From Octopus sinensis (taxonomy: Eukaryota), in NCBI RefSeq assembly GCF_006345805.1, contig NC_042998.1, forward strand, positions 194,742,001-194,806,000: 64,000 nt of DNA, read 5' to 3'. A program made the position numbers and the translations under genes. Positions 60,228 to 64,000 of this stretch are shown here, piece after piece. The notes under the pieces are model-generated. The model saw only the letters and a program-made list of their open reading frames with translations, ran no database searches and was not told where the DNA came from. Each line of letters starts with the position of its first letter. The first letter of the stretch is position 1.

Positions 60228-63200
60228 ATTAGGGAGTATATCTCCAAACTTACAGGGAAAAATTCAGTATTAAAATTTAGTATTAAATCAAATTTCACAA
60301 TATATTTATGTATTGGTTTATGTCTATCACTGTTTGAATTGCCTGATTGTGGTTTTATCTCTAATTTATATTTATACATATATATTTTATATTTATTTAT
60401 ATATATGTATACATGCATGCATGTATGCACGTGTGTATGTGTTATAATAAAAAAAATTTAAATAGGAACTTCGGTTGTACCGTATCAGATTTAGTAACTG
60501 ACAGGTGTCGGGTTCGAACCTCTCGTAGGCCTATTGAACAGGGTGAAGTCAACCTGTTACATATATTTTAAATTTAATTTAAACATTAGATACTAGCAAC
60601 GCTTGACCACCACCGTTATATATATATATATATTCAAAATTAGTCACCTGCTATACACTCGCACATACTACTTCTGCATGCAAACTGCACATCCATGCAT
60701 GCAAAGTAAATATGCATACGTAATGTGCATACATCTTTAAGCCTTTTATTTTTACATATATAACATAAACACGTACATTTTGTTTAGAACATTGTCATTT
60801 CATAAGATTTTGCTGGCAATTTTTTTAATTAACATTAATAAACATTTATTTATATGAAAGAAAACCACTGGAAAAACCTTATCCAACTCTTCTAAATCCT
60901 ATCAAAATTGGTTTCAACAAACCATTTGTGGGGATTTTTTTTTTAATGCATTTCACAGAAACCCTGCAGACGGATTCTTAAAGCAGACACGCCCAGATAC
61001 AAATATGTCGACATTCCTTCGATATAGCTCGACAAAATCAAAACATTTCACTTCGGATATTTTCCTTGGGTTGTGGACCTCATATTTAAAGCTTTACACA
61101 ACTTTTATATACACCCGCATTTATATACTCTTAAACACGCATCTTGAGACATATAGGGGTTTGGTAGAGCAAAATAAAAATAGGATTCTATACTCGAGTA
61201 TATATAATTTATCAAAGTGCCCTGCACGAAACTCTCGACTCTTTGATCACTTTTGTAACATCTTCCTAATATATAGTCACATCTACAAATGTATATCTCA
61301 AACTTAAATATGTATTGAGATATGTGGTACAAGGACTATTAAAATTACCATACCACAGATGTAGATAAGCAGAATCACGCTCAGAATGTACAAAATTTAT
61401 TCCAAAGTGACATTCGAATTTGTGCTTAATGTAAAGCATAATCCTCACCAAAGTCTAGTTCCCTGTTCACTGTCACATCGACTTAAATTTTATTCGTCAG
61501 TGAAAATCATTTGAAAGTAGTTTTTTTAATGTAATTCTCTCATAATATTAGAAATTCCCAGACAAGCCATCTGTGACTTCGGGTGTGCCTAACGCATACT
61601 AACTATGTAGGTCATTTGAATTTAAAGTCTTCTTGTACAAATATGTACATTCGAGTTACAGGTCTCATCATACAGGTCTGTCCACACATACATACATGGC
61701 GCAGATATGATCGAGTGGTTATGATTGTTTTGCAAATCATGAGATCTCATGTTTGAATTCTATTGTACGAGGCGAGTGTCTTAGGTTATATAGCTTCTGT
61801 TCGACCCAACCAAGCCTTGTTGAGTGAAAATCGTTAAATGGAAACTAGCAGCGCGGATCGTACTTTTATTTCAGAAGGTCAGTGTCATACTGATTCGGCT
61901 TGGAGAAATTACATGAAATGTGTAAATGTATGGTTCACTTGATCTAACAACTGGCTTACTCAGCATCAAAACAGACGGAGATCCATTTACCTAGCACTTT
62001 TTTTTTTGTATGTCTGTCCAATGTATGAAAAACCTGGTAGCTACTTGGCTATTTTCGTTGCAATTATGGTATAATATCGCAACAACACTGTGTCACGTAC
62101 ATCTGATTGGTATTAATAATGTACATGACTATGTGCAGGATATAACCTAAAATAACGGGTAGTTTGCCCACATGCATATAATTTACACGTTTGAGATATG
62201 CATTCTCTCATAGACAGATAATCTGGCGAAGGTAAAGAATACGTACACCCGGTGGTTTGGTTTTTGCAATAATGTGTGGGAAGAAAAAATAAATACCTTA
62301 ATGCGTTATAAAACAAACTGGCTATTTTCCTTATGTGTGTGTGTAAAAATATATGTATTTGTGTATAATGTGTGTATATAGATCGATCGTCAGAGAGGAA
62401 TATGAACAAATATGTATGTTTAAACTAGTAATATATTCACGAGTGAATCTGCATAGACGTACTCTGTATATTAAATTATAAACATATGTATATTTATGAA
62501 TGCGGGCTAATATATTTATATATATTATTATAGTTAATGTTTACACAAATCTATATACCCTCTGCATTAATTGGGTGTGAATCACATAATCTTAGTGTGT
62601 CTCGCGTTTGTGCTATGAGTCACTGTTGAAGTGAGCCTACTGCTCTTAATAGAAGCCATAGAATAGCTTCACAAAATTACAGCTTGTTGGTTCTTCAACA
62701 GATCCATATCGCTGTTGCTCCCTCTATTTCAACTAAATTTATGGTACTGTTGGGTGGGGCTATTTAGTTTTAGATTTCTGCCTACAAGAAATACATTAAA
62801 TACGTAGTCGTCGCTACACATTTTTTTTTTTAGATGTGTGTGTGTGCACGCCAGCTTCGAGGTCTGCCCTGATACGACAGACCATATATTCAAAGCTGTT
62901 AATAGTCGTCTTTTTCATAAGGTTGGACGGAACCCTGACCTATATTATCTATGCAGATTTGGCTACTACTTGTAGCAGGTCGAACGAGTTTGTAGAGGTT
63001 TCTCCGTTGGCTTATGGAAAGAGTATCTTTTTGCGTTTGGTTTGTGTGCATTTTAATGTATGATTTTAGTAGTTTTTGTATGAAGTGTGCATTTGTGCAT
63101 AATTTTAGTGTATGCTTTATATCTGTGGGTGCGCGCTGCAGTATATAATAAGTATATGCTTTTGGCATGTGTGTAATTTGGTATAGTTTTAGTGTGCGTA

Positions 63201-63689
63201 TGTATGTGTGCTTTAGTGTTATTTCTTATAGTGAGACTTGCCCGACGTGTGGGGGGACATGCAAATTGCTGTGCTAAATAAAATTAAGATGGTTTAAAAC
63301 TTTATAATCTTGTTCCAACTTCAGAAGAAATTATATGGATGCAAACTATTTTGACACCTCATTAAGTAGGTAACGAGAAATTTTACGAATAACCACTGCT
63401 TTAGTGTTTGATTTTGTTCTTTGGCATATGATTTTAATGTGTGTGCTTTGACATACAATTTCGGTGTGTATGTGTGCGCGCGCGCGCGCTCTCTTTGGCA
63501 AATGAATTTTAGGGTGTGTGTATTGTAGCGTGTAGCTTTAGAATGTGTGTGTGTGTGTGTGTGCTTTAGCGTATTGATTTTAGTGAGGTATGCTTCAACG
63601 TTATGATTTTAGGATGTCAGGTGGTGTGTGCTTTTGCGCCTGATTTTCATGTATGTGTGCTTTAGTGTATGTGCCCACGCTTTAGTACT

Positions 63690-63710
63690 TCAATCTGTCT
63701 GTCATCTATC

Positions 63711-63745
<35 letters not shown>

Positions 63746-64000
63746 ATATCTATATGTCTATATATGTCTATCTATCTATATATCTGTATCCGTCTGTCTA
63801 TATATCTGTATCTCTGTCTGTCTATCTATATCTGTCTGTCTATCTATATCTGTCTGTCTGTCTACCTATATCTGTCTGTCTGTCTATCTATATCTGTCTG
63901 TCTGTCTATCTATATCTGTCTGTCTATATCTGTCTGTCTGTCTGTCTATCTATATCTGTCTGTCTGTCTATCTATATCTGTCTGTCTGTCTGTCTGTCTG
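63690..64000. repeat. (TCTA)n/(TCTG)n microsatellite
   Basis: Direct inspection. Confidence 0.95.

Noticed and set aside
60460-60530. tRNA gene candidate (GGTTCGAACC B-box, TCAG-ATTTAGTAA-CTGA arm)
   Set aside because: The acceptor, D and T stems cannot be paired; at best a decayed tRNA pseudogene or SINE head.

Overview
AT-rich animal genomic DNA, most likely a coleoid cephalopod (Octopus-type). That is an inference from recognisable tRNA-derived SINE families and RTE-type tails. The window is dominated by nested, mostly decayed transposable elements and microsatellites. Retrotransposons: RTE-clade LINE fragments with a PHD finger inside the RT and a modular tandem-repeat 3' UTR; a 5'-truncated R4/Dong-like restriction-like-endonuclease element carrying the only long clean ORF (13394-14506); CR1, I-clade, L1/Tx1 and probable Penelope-like remnants; and at least three SINE families. 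DNA elements: Tc1/mariner, hAT and Helitron non-autonomous elements and two foldback MITEs. No host gene could be recognised. Several splice-flanked open segments and CpG-rich promoter-like patches (about 10.9-11.4 kb and 58-61 kb) are reported only as low-confidence candidates. I found no convincing novel protein-coding system. The most interesting signals are at the retroelement RNA level: a structured ~60-67 bp repeat array in the RTE 3' UTR, a hairpin module with covarying pairs shared by two SINE families, a TSD-flanked L1/Tx1 3' end sharing its tail with the commonest SINE, and SINE dimers apparently primed by GGTAT microhomology. Element boundaries without TSD or TIR support are approximate.
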